Assembly (NCBI GenBank): GCA_964199315.1
Contig: OZ116703.1
Coordinates: forward strand, 7,502,001-7,566,000
Source of the DNA: Orbicella franksi
Taxonomy: Eukaryota
Direction: 5' to 3'
Length of the DNA: 64,000 nt
The translations under genes were made by a program, and so were the position numbers. Every line of letters starts with the position of its first letter. The stretch's first letter is position 1. This document shows, one piece after another, positions 25,401 to 38,665 of the stretch. The notes under the pieces were generated by a model. It had not been told where the DNA came from. It saw nothing but the letters and a program-made list of their open reading frames with translations, and did no database searches.

Positions 25401-28400
25401 TTAAAGTTAAGACGTGAAATAATTTTTTTATAATTTGGAGTTTTTGTGAGGGAATTCACAGTGGCGAAAATATGACCCATATTTCACTAAGATTAGCAGG
25501 TTTTTAGACGTCAAAATACAAGTGAAGTTTAGAATCAATGTCGAACGTCGACGGCACCCAGATATATGCCTGTGTATTAAGTAAATAGCTTTGCTTAGAG
25601 ACCTTCGATTGGAATTGAATATTCCCTTTTCATTTGTGTAACTAACAATTGAAAATGACAAAACTTTCAAACGAATGTTGTCGATCATATAACGTATAAT
25701 ATTAAACCTTTGCTATGGAGAAAGCACCGCTATGACACGGTTATGACATTGTTAAAGCTAAAAACCACGAGGCACTTTTTGAGAGGCAAAATGGTTTGTA
25801 CATTGACAATTTTACAAAATAAAACTGAAAACGACTTTAATTTTTGAGAGTCTTTGTCCCAAAAACTAAATGGTTGTAAGACGTAAAAAGCAAAATCTGG
25901 TCGGAAACCTATTAACTTCCTTCACAAGAAAACTATTGTTCTTATCACTTATTCAAAGAGATTTTTCTCTCATCCTTATTAATTTCACAGCATTTAGGAG
26001 CTAGAGATGAGAGATTTTCTTTGTTTTTCATTTTCATATCATGTTTGTTAGTGTGATGTCTGTTTTCAATTCCCATATAAGTGGTAAAAGAGATATTTAG
26101 CTAAGGAAAGTTGCCAAGCTAGAAGAAAACATATGAAAGACAAAAGTGTTATTTACAAATAGTCCTGATATCTCTTACACTTAAACACCTACTGTCATTT
26201 AAAACGCTCATATAATTTCTGTTATCTTAATTCAAGGTCACTCCAACCTTTATTATTGCTATTCTACTAATTTATATTTTCTAGTTTCCTTTAACGCTAA
26301 AGAAAATTCCCCAATTTCCCAAAATTATGAAACATTTATTTAAGGCAGTTTAATGGCAAAAAGGCAAATAGATTCAAAAGTTTACTTTTCTCGAGATATG
26401 TTCTCGATTTTCAATTTAAACCCTTGGAGACGAAAGTACACTCTAATGTAATATAAACATAGAGTAAGCAATCTGCTTTAAGATGCGTTTCAGGATCCTA
26501 CCAAATCAGATGACCTTACTCTTGCATAATCGTGTAGATATTTCAATCTTTAGCATTCTATCTTAATTCTAGGTATTTCTATTTCTTATCGATGACTGAC
26601 CTAGGGGAAAAAATGCCTCGGGCGAATGCAGTGATAGGTCAATAAAATCCCATATCATCCTCGCTAGCAGGTGCTCGGTTAAGAAATTTGAAATTTGTTT
26701 AAGGCAGGCAATACTCATAGGTCGAATAACAATATCTGTTATCAATAGGGGGGTAATAAAGGAGGTTCAAATATGACAATGTGCAGTGTAGTTTTCACCT
26801 CTTTTGTCGTTTACGATAACAAAGTTTCCGCGTAAAACCTAACAGTATTTTCAATAACCAGACGGATTTTGGCAATGGGTCTTTTAGAGCTTTTTTCTCC
26901 TTCCCTTTGTTCGCCCGTATTTAATTTCAGAGCGATATGATTTTGGCAGGTGTTCGGCGGTGAAATTGATCTACATCAATGAAAAGCCTTGGTTTTTTTA
27001 TTGCATGACTCTCCAGGTGATCCGAGAAAGGCTTTCTGTTATGTTCTGACTTGATGCGGAACACGGGGTGAGGTAATATAAAAATCCACTTGAGTCCCAC
27101 TAAAGAATGCTCGTAAAAACAAATTCGAGAGGAAGCCGCGAAGACGAGTCGGCCCTACGTCCATTTAGTTAATTTCAACCCCAGTAACTCACTTCCTTTC
27201 TTTTCATCCCACTGATAGGTCTATTTATATTTTATGACATTCTGCAGTTTGGGGCAAGAAACATCGCGTGAAAATAACGTATAACAAAAACAAGACTTCG
27301 TTACGACAGGGTATTTACCACTTTCACATCGCACCATTGTTCTCATATTGTTTATCATTTTAGCCATTTCTAGCGTTACCGCAACTTGTAACTATTTTTA
27401 ATCCGGCCACAGGATGGTTCGAAAAAAACATTACTAATGCAGTTTTATGTTTGTTTTTATTATTTTGACAGATTGCTTTAAAAATCGGAAGGTGTCCAAC
27501 TGAAACCCGCCACAGCAACTCAGTGATATTTTTTACGTCCAACGTCGACCTCATAATATATTTGATTCATAAGTTTGATTAACGCAAGGTCAGAGAAAGC
27601 TATTCTTAACTGAAAGCCAGAAATTGCAATAAATAGTTATTACAAAGCTCTCAGGGGTCCGTTTAATTACTCCACCCTCACGCTATTAGCAGAAAATGAA
27701 GAATCGTTTTGTTGTACCTCTTTTAATCTGTAGCGATGTCTTGCTGATAGCGTCTTGCATCCGTTTGCCAACAGCGTGAGAGAAACAATAAACATATTCC
27801 ACGCCGCTGTTATTCACAACCCCGCCCAGATTAATTGGCGCTGCCAGTTCCCTTGCGCCAACCTCACGGGCACGCTGCTTTAATGATTGCAAAGACAATC
27901 GAAGCACTACCGCCCTAGAGAAAAATCTTAGTGCGTGCCTTTAGCTCGGGAGGATTGTGTTTGCAAGAGATTAAAGAAACAAAAAAAAAAAAAACTACTG
28001 TGGATTAATTTTAAACTCTTTTTGTTCATACAAATCCAAGTTCGTAGCCTTAATCCTTTCGTGGCCTACTGGGTTGTTATGACGGTCTATTTTTCCAAAA
28101 AATAAAAAAAAAATTGTAGAGACATGTGCGGCTAAAAATCTTCGTGGGTTAACGATGCAGTTGGAAGGTCTATGGCGTTCGGGAGGCGTACTGTTTAGTT
28201 CTAATCAAGTCTTTAATCAAGAAGTGATGGCTGTTTTATCAGCATCTCAGTCATCTCAACCCCAAAGATTCTCCAGGACTAATAGAAATATCTTCAAGGT
28301 ATTTTTTCATATTTTGATCAAATATTGGTCACTTACTGAATACTGTTTACACTACCATTAATGTCACGGCCCAAATTCCGTAAGTCCATCTATCACAGTC

Positions 28401-31400
28401 ATGTTTAAAGAAAAATGGCTATGCTTGGGTAAGTTTTACGTTTTCAATGATAGAACTCTGTTTGTCAGAGTTACAAAAAGCGCCAAGCTGCCGATCTGTT
28501 GTAGGCAATTAAGACGAAAATTGCTTTTCTCCGACGAAGTGGAACTTTCGTCGCCTGCAAGCTGCGAATCTATGCGGCATTTAACTTTGTTAATATTGAA
28601 CTGATTCGAAAAAGGTGCATAGCTAAGGATTTTAATGTCGGCAATTCGAAAGTTGAAAGGTCCATTTGCTCAGTTACGATCGACTAGCCGAGAAAAATTG
28701 TAATTGTTCCACTTCTTTTGTCCTTTCGAAGACAATTCGCTTTAAAGAAGCACTCTCGGTGAAGGTTAAATATTTATTTGTGATCACTTCTCTTTCACGT
28801 ACCTTCGAAAGTTCTATTTTCACTCTTGCTACGGCACTAGAACCCTTGCAATGCAGGAAGCTTTACGAAACGCCAAGAACTCCATTAGATATCAACTTTT
28901 CCAAATTGAATTATTGTATATTAGACGCGAACAGTCTGTTGTTGAACTCGATTAAAGCCGGTTGCAAGGCAAAGATCCTGCTTTAAAAAACAGGCCGAGC
29001 TCCAATTTTATACTGATGTGCTCTGCTCTCGGTGGCACTCAAGTTCGCATTTATCTACCACTGGCTGAACTGTTTAGAACTGTTCAGAAAATCGTGTTCT
29101 AAAAACGTGTTTCATTTGTTACGCATCTTAGTAATGGAGGTGAGAGTTTTCCAATAGTAAGTAGCAACGGTTTAATACGGACTAACAGCACATACAAATT
29201 AGAGAAGAGGAAAAACATTCAAACAATTAAGTCTCGGAGGATCTAAAATTTGTTAATAGAACGTTTTATATAATATATTAACTGTTAATCCTTAAAGAGA
29301 CTTGAGAAAAGGCATGTTTTTAACGCCTTTAATCAAGAATGTCTTCTGGGGAAGCTGCAAGGAACAGTCTAAAGTACAGTATTCCACAAATTTGATTCGC
29401 TTAATTCAATTTCGTTGTTAATTACATTTCCATCTATAAGATAAGAGGAATATTATGTCTCCCACCAATAGCTTTCGGGCTCATAGAGGAAGATATTCTG
29501 ATAACAATTTCCCAGAAATGTAGAATAACTAGAGAACTCTATTTTTTGTCCAAACATGATTAAATTAATCCTTTCCTCATAATGAATGGCTCTTATTAAT
29601 TGTTTGAACCCTTTTAAACAATTCCCAAAAGACAAATCTCAAAAGAAGGTAAACATTTTTGGTCACTATTGAAGTGCTTACAGAATGATCATGTTTCTAG
29701 AGGGTGAAACATACATTTTAACAGCTCGAGAGCACAAAATAATAAATTTTGTTTTACTGAGACACATTTCATATCTGTAAGGACAACTACGTTATATTCT
29801 CTTATATACATTCATCTTCGGAGACATATTTTTTCCTACATCAATTTGTTCAGAGTAGAGTAAAACCCTCTCTAAAAATATACGCTTGAATCACTTTCAC
29901 ACCGAGAGTGAAGGTTTAAAACTGAATCAAAATTTACTTCAGTCTAAACCTTGGTGTTCTTTGTGTATGGTTCAACGTTAGGCAAATTTAACCAAGTTAT
30001 TAAAAGATAAGGAACAAATGTAGTTAAACTGAGAAGCGAATGTATAAAGTTTTGTCATATTCTTTAGTAAGCCAAATATTGACACCAAATTTCTCTTTAA
30101 AAAGATTTTTAAATTTAATACATGGACTATGACACAGTTTGTCATAAAGATAAATATTCTATCAGAGAGCATAAATTTTCCTTCAGTTCAACATGATCAG
30201 TGAATAACCGCTCAAATCTCACGCCATATTGTTATGTCCATAGCCATCGTAAGGATTCGGTACCTACGTCACTCTCCTCACAAAAGCAATTTAATAACAT
30301 TTCTTCCAAACTTTGAAGCCAGTCTAAATTTTAAGTCAAAAAAAAAAAAAACCATTTGTTAGTTTTAAAAGAGAAAAGAAAACGGAGTTGAGCTAGGTAA
30401 ATTAAATGATTAGTACTAGACTTAATTAATGAAAGCAACACTACGTAAATAAAAAAAAAAAGAGAATGCAATCAGACTAAAAACGTTCTCGTAACGTACA
30501 TTGCCAATTTTTTGGATTTTCGTTACGCTGAGAAAATTTGAACATTTTAATTCAGTCGAATTGGAAACGTAGTCGACATTCTGCAAAAGTCACTATACAA
30601 TTTATATAACCCCTGTATTCTGTTGTAATATCTTATATAAAAATAATAAAGATCCTTTCTCACTTCTATAACTGCTACAACTTGAACTTTTATGTTTTTA
30701 TTCATCGATACGTATTTAAATTTATAATGTAGCTCTCTTAATTTATATAAAAAACTATCCATCAGGTAACTCCAATTTTTGATTTGTTTAAATTTTTTTC
30801 CTGCCGTTTCCCATGTCCGCTGAAGTTATGTGCACTCTAATATTACAAGCCTATACGTCTACTTATCCCACAGACCTAAGATTGAACAGTCAACGATGGA
30901 AAAGGCCTTTGATCATAGCCTCCCAAGATATTTTGCTGTTAGTTTACTTTTCTAATCCTCAGCTTGTATGGACGCTTAAGCACAACACTTTTATGCTCTT
31001 GATATCTCAGTGACCAATCCTAGGAAATAATTCATACCCTTTGAGATCCCTATAACTATTTGATCAATATGACACAAAAGTCTGTTTCAGTCTTGCAATG
31101 GCTCTTAGGAGAGGGCTAATTTGGCAACTTTTATGTACAAAAGTTCAACACTAGCCAAAACTAAAGTGTGTGAATTACTGAAAAAGGTGATAACTCGAAA
31201 GCTATATCCACATTGCCTTCATAACACCATAATATTGTGGGAATAGAATGCTTTATTCCATTCTGCAGCACATCCCAGTCGAAAATCAGGATAAAAGCAT
31301 CTTGAATGCTTTAAAAATTGTAACATTTGTTGTTAACATCATCATAAGAAGGTTAATTCCCTCAAAACAAAGTAACTTCATCTATGTATCAATTTATGAA

Positions 31401-32175
31401 ACAGTTCCTTGCTTCATGGTAAAATATCAAATGGTTGGAATCATCGACAAATGCGCTTCTACAAAAAACAGTGATGGGTAATAAAACAGACAAAGTAACA
31501 CATATTTTAGAGAAAAAATATCGAAAAATCAGTAGTTGCGCGAACAAAAGAAATTCCAGGCGACCGTGGAAACGTATGGAGACGAGGAAAAAAAAGGGAA
31601 AATAACTCGATCGTGTTTGAACAGATAAACATCAAGCTTTCGTCGAACTATACATTCAATAAGAATAACTTTTAGAAATGTATAATTTTTAGAATTGTGC
31701 TGTGTTCATTATATAGATAAGAACGCAGTACTAAGGGATGACTGTATCTTTTTAACATTTTGGGATTCAACACCACAACTGAATAATACTTGCATTACGG
31801 TAGTTAAAACTCATAACGTAACTATTCCTTTTTTTCAATTTACGAGAAACCCAGATAGAGATATATGAAAAGAGAATTCCTAGAGGTACATTAAGGTCTT
31901 TCTTGATTGCTTGAATATGAAACTAACTGATTTGGACCCTTCTATGAAAGTAATTTCAAAAGAATGTCGTCATTAAAGATTTAAAAGAAAAAAAATTAAA
32001 GTGCTCTTTCCTTTCGGGAATCAAAATTGACACCAGATCACGTCAAACCTCTTCCAATACCACCAATTCACTTCTGCCATTCAAATGTCACACAAAATGA
32101 ATACTTTTCGACGCAAGCAAATTAAATAACGAAATTAACTGTGCTCTAAAAACAAATTTCTAACACTAACACAGG

Positions 32176-33230
32176 TCGCTATCTCACTCTTTGGTGATGT
32201 TGCAGTAAGGCATCATTATCTTTGCTGCACTTTTGTGTGATGTTACATCTCTGCACATCATTATTTTTGTTGCACTGTTTGATGATGCTAAAAAACTGCA
32301 CATTTCTCATTTAATAGAACTGCACAGTTATATCTTACTCTTTGGTGATGTTGTAATATCTTTGCTGTGCTGTTAGGTGATGTTGAAGCTCTGCGCATCT
32401 TTTTGTTGTTCCATTTAATGATGTAAAAACACTGTGCATCGTTATCGCACTCTTCGGTGATGTTGCAGTAAGGCATGATTATCGCTGTTGCACTATTGAG
32501 TGAGTTACATCTCTGCATATCATTTTGTTACACTGTTTGATGATTTAAAAGAACTTTATATTTCTCATTTAAGAGAACTGCAAATTTCTATCTTACTATT
32601 TTACAATGTTACACTATTATTTTTGCTGCACTGTTGGGTGATGTTACAGCTCTGCGCATCTTTTTGGTATTCTGTTTGATGGTGTAAAAGCGCTGCTCAT
32701 CGCTATCTCATTCTTTGGTGATGTTGCAGTAAGGCATCATTATCTTTGCTGCACTTTAAGTGATGTTACATCTCTGCACATGATTTTGTAGCACTGTTTG
32801 ATGATTTAAAAGAAGTGCACACTTCTCCTTTAATAGAACTGCACATTTCTATCTTACTCTTCGGTGATGTTACAATAATACACCATTATTCTTTTCTGCC
32901 CTGTCGGGTGATGTTACAACTCTGTGCATCTTTTTGTCGCACTGGTAGATGATGTTAAATTACTTCTTAAGCTTTGACGATGTATCAGTGAGACTCCATT
33001 ACTTTGCTGCACTGTTGGCTGATATTAAAGCAATATTACTCTGTTTGATGATATAAAAACATTGTGTGTTACTATTTTATTCTTGGGTTATGTTACAGTA
33101 CTAGTAAGACACCATTACATTTGCTGCACCATTGAGCAATGTTGCAGCAACGCGAACCTCAATGGTTGCACTGTTTGTTGATATAAATGTAATGTGCATC
33201 ACTGTATGTCTCTTTGGTGATATTATGGTA
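32176..33230. repeat. Tandem higher-order repeat, ~262-bp period, built from degenerate ~41-bp subunits
   Basis: ggtgatgttgcagtaaggcat recurs at 32193, 32456 and 32717 (periods 263 and 261). tgatgtt sub-motifs recur at 32-63 bp spacing inside each unit, and the array decays toward 33230. Confidence 0.85.
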
Positions 33231-34171
33231 CGAAGCTGTCTCTGAAGGGGACGCTGTTATGACGACTGCACTGCCTTTTGGTTAAAACCAGAACCAAACT
33301 TACGACTGACTGAGTACCTTCGCTGGTATGCAACTTGCTCCTGGAGCCACAAGATGAAGATGTTAAGTGAACTGTTGGGAGGGAGAGCAAGTGGTAACTT
33401 CACTTTAACTCTTTGCGAGGTTTTCAAGACGCCAGACAGACTTAGGGAAATTCTGCCAGACTTTTTTAAGTTGACTTCACAACACTTTCGATGCATAAGC
33501 CCTTTTATTACACAACTAAGTTAGTTCAAAGGGAATAACCAAAATGCACCAATGAGATTGCTCCATTGCCGGTACAATAGTCTCTAAGTATTGAACCGGA
33601 CACTGTCCCAAACGATCCCACACGATCACCGATCTTGAAGATTTTGTGGAAGTTTTATGGCTTACATTTCTTAAGAACTTGCTTTTAATAGAAGATTCCA
33701 TTTCCTTTTTCTACAATCTCTCTTTGTGTTCTAGTTGTTTTAGAACATCAGACGCGAGTATACGCCTAGTCGGCTTCTCAGTAAGAATTGCGCCTTTGAA
33801 GCGTGCGAAGTTGTCCTGTCCATGTTTTTGTATATTTTTTCTGAACATTTAAAGTCATATAATAAATCTCTTACTGTTACCTATCTTGCTCGGGACCATG
33901 CTGGGCCACTAACCCTCTGATCTACAGAGGTTATGGATAATAACCCCCTCGAAGCTTTTGCAATTTCCATTTCGGGGGTAATTGTAATAAACCATTCAGC
34001 CGGTGTTCATTTGTGGCTCGCGGAGGTTCTGACGCTACATTACCAAAGCAACCGTATAATGACACGCGGTTAAGCTATTTTTCTTCATTTTTTCAGAGTT
34101 CTCCGTGGAAATCATAACTTTCCATTTTCCTTGATTAGCATTGTAACATTAGTTTCATATTCCATCAACTT

Positions 34172-34329
34172 AAAACGTTTTCACATGAGGTCACAGCAGC
34201 CACATTGGTGTCTTAAATCAATGAAACAGGGGCTGTGTTGGTACTCCAAGCCAGTACTGTGGGATGTCAACACTTTTTTCTTTTTCCAACAAGTTTGCAT
34301 AGCTGTTGGCCACGTTAGTAAAACGCTCT
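34172..34329. mobile_element. MITE with short degenerate TIRs, probably AT-target type
   Basis: Left end aaaacgttttcacatgaggtc, right end gtaaaacgctct followed by AT. The internal gccacattggtgt...caatgaaac...tttgcatagctgttggccacgt resembles a very common coral MITE (recognised from memory). Confidence 0.55.
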
Positions 34330-34620
34330 ATTGGAATAATTTGCTATCAATTCACATCATGTTTTAACTTCTTGTAAAATACTGAGATTTAAGTCATTTG
34401 ACGTCATAAACCAACAAAAAGCCATATCTCTACCTTAAAGAGAAAACTAAGAGTTTTCTAATAAATTCTATGTAATTTTCAGCGGTCTAGCAATCTCCCA
34501 ACCAGCCCTACACCCCACTTTGAACGTCTTATATTAATATGCTAACATTGTGGGGAATAATAATTTGTTTGTTCTTCAGAGAGTGTTTTTATAGATTTGG
34601 CTTATGCGACGGCACTACGT

Positions 34621-34880
34621 ATCTACATCTACATCTACATTATGGGGGTCTTGCAAAGGGAGGCATGCTCCCATCACTGCGAGACATTAAATAAAAAAAT
34701 AATAAAAAGCAGGGTGGGGGGTGGGGGGTAAAAAAACCTTAAAAATATATAATAAAATACGTATCATCCCCTCTCCGTTTTACACATCAACTAATGAAAG
34801 ATTTTTCTAGCAAGACTGTTTTTATCATTGGTTGAAATGTTGGGTGATGAAACAGTATTGCAGCTCTTCCCTGACCACTT
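34621..34880 (-). mobile_element. Possible decayed LINE 3' end with (TGTAGA)n tail
   Basis: (ATCTAC)3 at 34621-34640. The upstream minus strand weakly translates NTVSSPNISTNDKNSL, reminiscent of CR1-group C-termini. Confidence 0.35.
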
Positions 34881-35369
34881 TAGATGACCTTTAGCATTAT
34901 GGGCTTCTTAGCCAACTGCTCATCGGTACCATTGAACATTGCGCGTCTCTTTGATGTATCGCTTGGAAATTTTCATTCTCCGCATTTCTTTTTTACCCTT
35001 AATGATGTTACAGAAATGGGACGCCCTTTGCTTATTAACCGGGTGAGAAATTTCTCTGCATTAGATTCGTTTGCAAAGTTATGGCAAATCACTTTGTTAC
35101 AGTATAACTTCCTACCTTTGTTCTACGGTTTGGAGATCTTCAAGCACTACGCTTTTCTGTTGTGGTGAGCAACATTAAGTCACTTTGTGTCTGTCTTATT
35201 GCAGTGTTTAGTGGTAGTTTTGTTTAGGCCCTGTCGCTATCCTGTTCCACTGTTGCAATTTTATAGGAGCTACCCTTCCCGTTTTCGAACTGTTTTGTGC
35301 GAACATTTAGTGGCGTTGTTATCCTTAGTAATGATATTAGTAATGCTTGTCTGTTTTGCTGTTGGGGCG

Positions 35370-35778
35370 CTCCTCTTGTATTGCTTGGCAATGTTACAGC
35401 ACAGACATCTCTGACTCAAATTGACTTTGATATTTGGATGATTTAGCAATAATACTCATCGCATTATTGTATTTATGAATGATGTTCTTACAATGCACAA
35501 TTCTTTGCAGTACTGTGAAATGATGTTACAGCAATGTACATGACTTGGTTGTTCTGGTGGGTGATTAAGGAGGAATGCCTGTCATTTTTTCGTCCTGCTG
35601 AGGTAGGTTGCAGCAATTTGCATGATTTGTTTGTACAACTGTGTGACGGTGCAACATTCCACATGAAGTTTTCGCATTTTTCGAAACTGAAGCAACTCGC
35701 ATTCCTATGTTGTACTGTCGGGTTAAGTTGCAGCAATGTGCATGGCTATGGCGTACTGTTGGGATAAACATGATGGCG
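35370..35778. repeat. 41-bp minisatellite, left segment
   Basis: Units resembling gcaatgcgcatgactttgttgtactgctgggttaagttgca. More decayed copies extend left to about 35000. Confidence 0.75.
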
Positions 35779-35895
35779 CGCTATAAAACGACATAAGCTC
35801 CTCCCCCTAATTTTGAATACACTCGAAAAATCCTTGCTTTACCCTCTGACAGTATTCTGCAACACCCACGGGGATCGGACTCGACATTACAAATA

Positions 35896-36248
35896 CAGTT
35901 GAACCCCGCTATTTCGAACTTGCAGGGGAAACAAAAAATTGTTCGAGATAGTGGGAGTTCCAAATAGCCCATAGTAAATAACTGAAGAGCAAATACAAGG
36001 GAAATGGTTTTGAGTTCCAAATAACGGGAATTCGAAATAACCGAGTTCGGATAGGCCATATTCGCATTCTCGGCATTAGACTGGAACTAGCTTGCAACTG
36101 AGGCTAATGCGGGGGGGTCTTTGCACATGCAAATGACTCTAATAATGACTCGCTTTTTAATGATATTCCCCCGCACGAGCCTCCATTTCAAGTTAGTTCC
36201 AGTCCAATACCGAGAATACGAATATGGACTATTATACGGGTCCAACTG
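35896..36248. mobile_element. Tc1/mariner (pogo-like) MITE
   Basis: TA|CAGTTGAACCCCGCTATTTCGAACT ... GGGTCCAACTG|TA. Internal ttcga(a/g)ata(a/g)c repeats; TA at 35894-35895 and 36249-36250. Confidence 0.85.
36053..36230. mobile_element. Palindromic MITE with AG..CT termini and 2-bp AT TSD (ISL2EU/PIF-Harbinger-like), nested in the Tc1 MITE
   Basis: ~55-60-bp TIRs (aggccatattcgcattctcggcattagactggaactagc vs reverse complement agtccatattcgtattctcggtattggactggaactaac). AT at 36051-36052 and 36231-36232. Confidence 0.85.
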
Positions 36249-36493
36249 TAGCCGGAACAATTTTTCGCATAGACATTGCGAACAGTGGAACAATATCAGT
36301 TTATAATCCTCTTGTAGACATGATTCCTTGAAATAGAGGCACGTAGAAACACCGAAGACACTTTAATTCACTTACAGCTTACATTTCGTGTATTCGAATC
36401 GCCCACCATTTTGAATTTGACCCTCGTACGTCAACGGTGACTGACAAATTAAATGAGCCTTGGTCTTCCCAGGGAAGACTTCCTTATATAGCG

Positions 36494-37880
36494 GAGCAAT
36501 ATGCATGACGTTGTTGTACTGCTTGTTGAAGCTGAAGCCATTCGCATGACTTTGTTGTACTGTGAATTAAGTTGCAGCAATATGCTTGGCTTTGTTGTAC
36601 AACTTGGTAAAGGTGGAGCAATGCGCATTTCTCTATAGTACTGTGAACCGATGTTACAGCAATGCGCATGACTTCTTGTACTGGTAGGTGCATGAGAAGG
36701 ACTGCCCATCACTTTGTTGTACTGCTGCGTTAGGTTGCAGCAATACACATGTTATGAAAATGTAGCAATGCGCAGGACGTTGTTGTGTTGTTTGTTGAAG
36801 CTGTAGCAATTTGCATGACCATGTCGTACTTTTGGTACAGCTGCAGCCGAGCGCATTACTTTGTTACACTGCTTATTTACGTTTTCGCACTGTTTGTTGA
36901 AACTGGAGCAATGCACAACCTTTGTTGGACAACTGAGTGTAGGTGCAGCGCTGCACATCGTTTTGCTGTACTGTTGAGTTAAGTTGCAGCAATGCGCATT
37001 ATTTTGTTTTATAACTAGGTGCCGGTACAGCAATGTGCATGACGTTTTTGTACTGGTGGGTTGATGAGAAGCAATGTGCATCACTTTGTTGTACCACTGA
37101 GTGTAGGTGCAGCAGTGTACGTCACTTTGTCGTGCTGCTGGGTTCAGTTGTAGCAATGCGCATGATTTTTCTTATACAACTGGGTAAAGGAGCAGCAAAG
37201 TCCATGAATTTGTTCTACTTTTTGTTGAAGCTGAAGCAATTTGCTTGACTATAGTGTACTGTTCTATCACGTTGCAGTAATGCGCATGACTTTTTTTGCA
37301 CTACTTGGTGAAGATGCCGCAATGCCGATGACGCTTTTGACTGTTTGTTAAAGCTAAAGTAACTCTACTGACTTTGTTGCACTATTAGGTGAAATGGCTG
37401 CAATTCGCAAGAATTCGTTGGATTTTTGAAGGATTTACAGCAATTCACATAACTGCTGCACTGTTGGGTTACGTCTTTTTCTTCTGTTGGTTTAAGGTGC
37501 AGCAATGATCATCACGTTTTTATACTACTGGATAAAATCACGTTAAGGCAATGCACACTAACTTTATTATACGCTTGCAGGCAGCGCATCATTTATTGTA
37601 CCGCTGGTGATCTATTTATTTGTTGTTGTTAATGTTGCTTAGTGAAGTTGCACCAGTTTGCATCTTTTTCTCACGTTGCAGCAATACAGGCGGAAAAAGG
37701 CATCTCATTATTGTACCGTTAGGCATCTTCTTGCTGTATTGTCGTTGGATGACTTTTATCTGCCACTTTGTTGTACGTTTGGGTTACGTTAAAGTAATCC
37801 CGTGAAGTTTGTGATGTTATAGCGGTGCGCATCCTTTTGGTACTTTTTTTTTTAGCGTTGTTATAACAACGTGCATGCCA
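36494..37880. repeat. 41-bp minisatellite, main segment (~30 units)
   Basis: The gcaat anchor falls at 36577, 36618, 36659 and at 36989, 37030, 37071, 37112, 37153 (exact 41-bp spacing). ctgagtgtaggtgcagc recurs at 36933 and 37097 (164 bp = 4 x 41). Confidence 0.9.
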
Positions 37881-38409
37881 GTGGTTCCCTTGCGTTGTAG
37901 AGTCCCTTCTTCGCGAGATTTGTACTTTGGGAGACCCGCTTGATGAGATTAGTGTAGACTTCTTGTTCCTTTTGACCGCATTAGAAAGCCGAAATAGCTC
38001 AAGGTCACTATTGCGTTGGATAAGCCTCATCTTTGGATGAGCGTCATATGTCTGCACATATACTCACATATGCTTAACTAAAATGTTTGCCAAGGTATAT
38101 GTTCTACAGATAGTTTTGCATTGCTTCTTGTTTTTGTCAGAAATATTCGTTCGTGGTACTACTTGGGCAACACCTGGTTTAACTGTTAAAACCGTGCACC
38201 ACGGTAGTTACTTTGCTTTTCTTTATTCACCGCTAATATCTTTACTAGACTGTTCAGTGATTTTGTTGGTGGTCAGGACCCCCATTTTTATACTTTTCGT
38301 TCGTGGCTTTGAGCTACATTGGAACCTTTTTCAATGTTGTTTTTCTATACGGTGGTGCTGTCAACTTATTGCCGAACCCGGTGTGGAAAAAGGGGGGCAA
38401 ACTGTCTAT

Positions 38410-38665
38410 AGCTGACAGATCAGCCAAGACACTGCAGGCTTTTACAAACTATATTCGCAAAAGTGATATAACTCGCTTACTGGACACCGGCTGTAAGGGC
38501 TGCATCCTATGCTGCACATAATGCCCTTCAAGTCATTTATTTTTTTTATTGTATTAACATTAGTATTAGTATAGTTTTTTAGCAGTGTCCCCTAATTAGT
38601 ATGGTGTTTTATTTCCAGGCTATAAGGTTTTGACACTTTAATAAAGTTCTCACTCACTCACTCAC
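38410..38665 (+). mobile_element. LINE (L2/Crack group) 3' end
   Basis: Translates SAKTLQAFTNYIRKSDITRLLDTGCKGCILCCT-stop(38521), then a T-rich UTR, aataaagtt and a (CTCA)4 tail. Probably the same clade as the 503-846 fragment. Confidence 0.7.

Larger units (their letters stand above)
35779..36493. mobile_element. Unclassified insertion splitting the minisatellite (hosts two nested MITEs)
   Basis: Non-satellite block with weak terminal inversion (cgctataaaacga vs reverse complement cgctatataagga). The satellite unit resumes in register on both sides (...gggataaa | gagcaatatgcatg). Confidence 0.4.

Noticed and set aside
35488-37248. Cys/His-rich ORFs (e.g. HCCNLTQQYNKVM repeats)
   Set aside because: These are translations of a 41-bp unit that is not a multiple of 3; frames shift and stop, with no gene structure.
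36494-37880. CRISPR-like look of regularly spaced conserved gttgcagcaat motifs
   Set aside because: The intervening parts resemble each other (true tandem monomers), no cas genes are present, and the context is eukaryotic.
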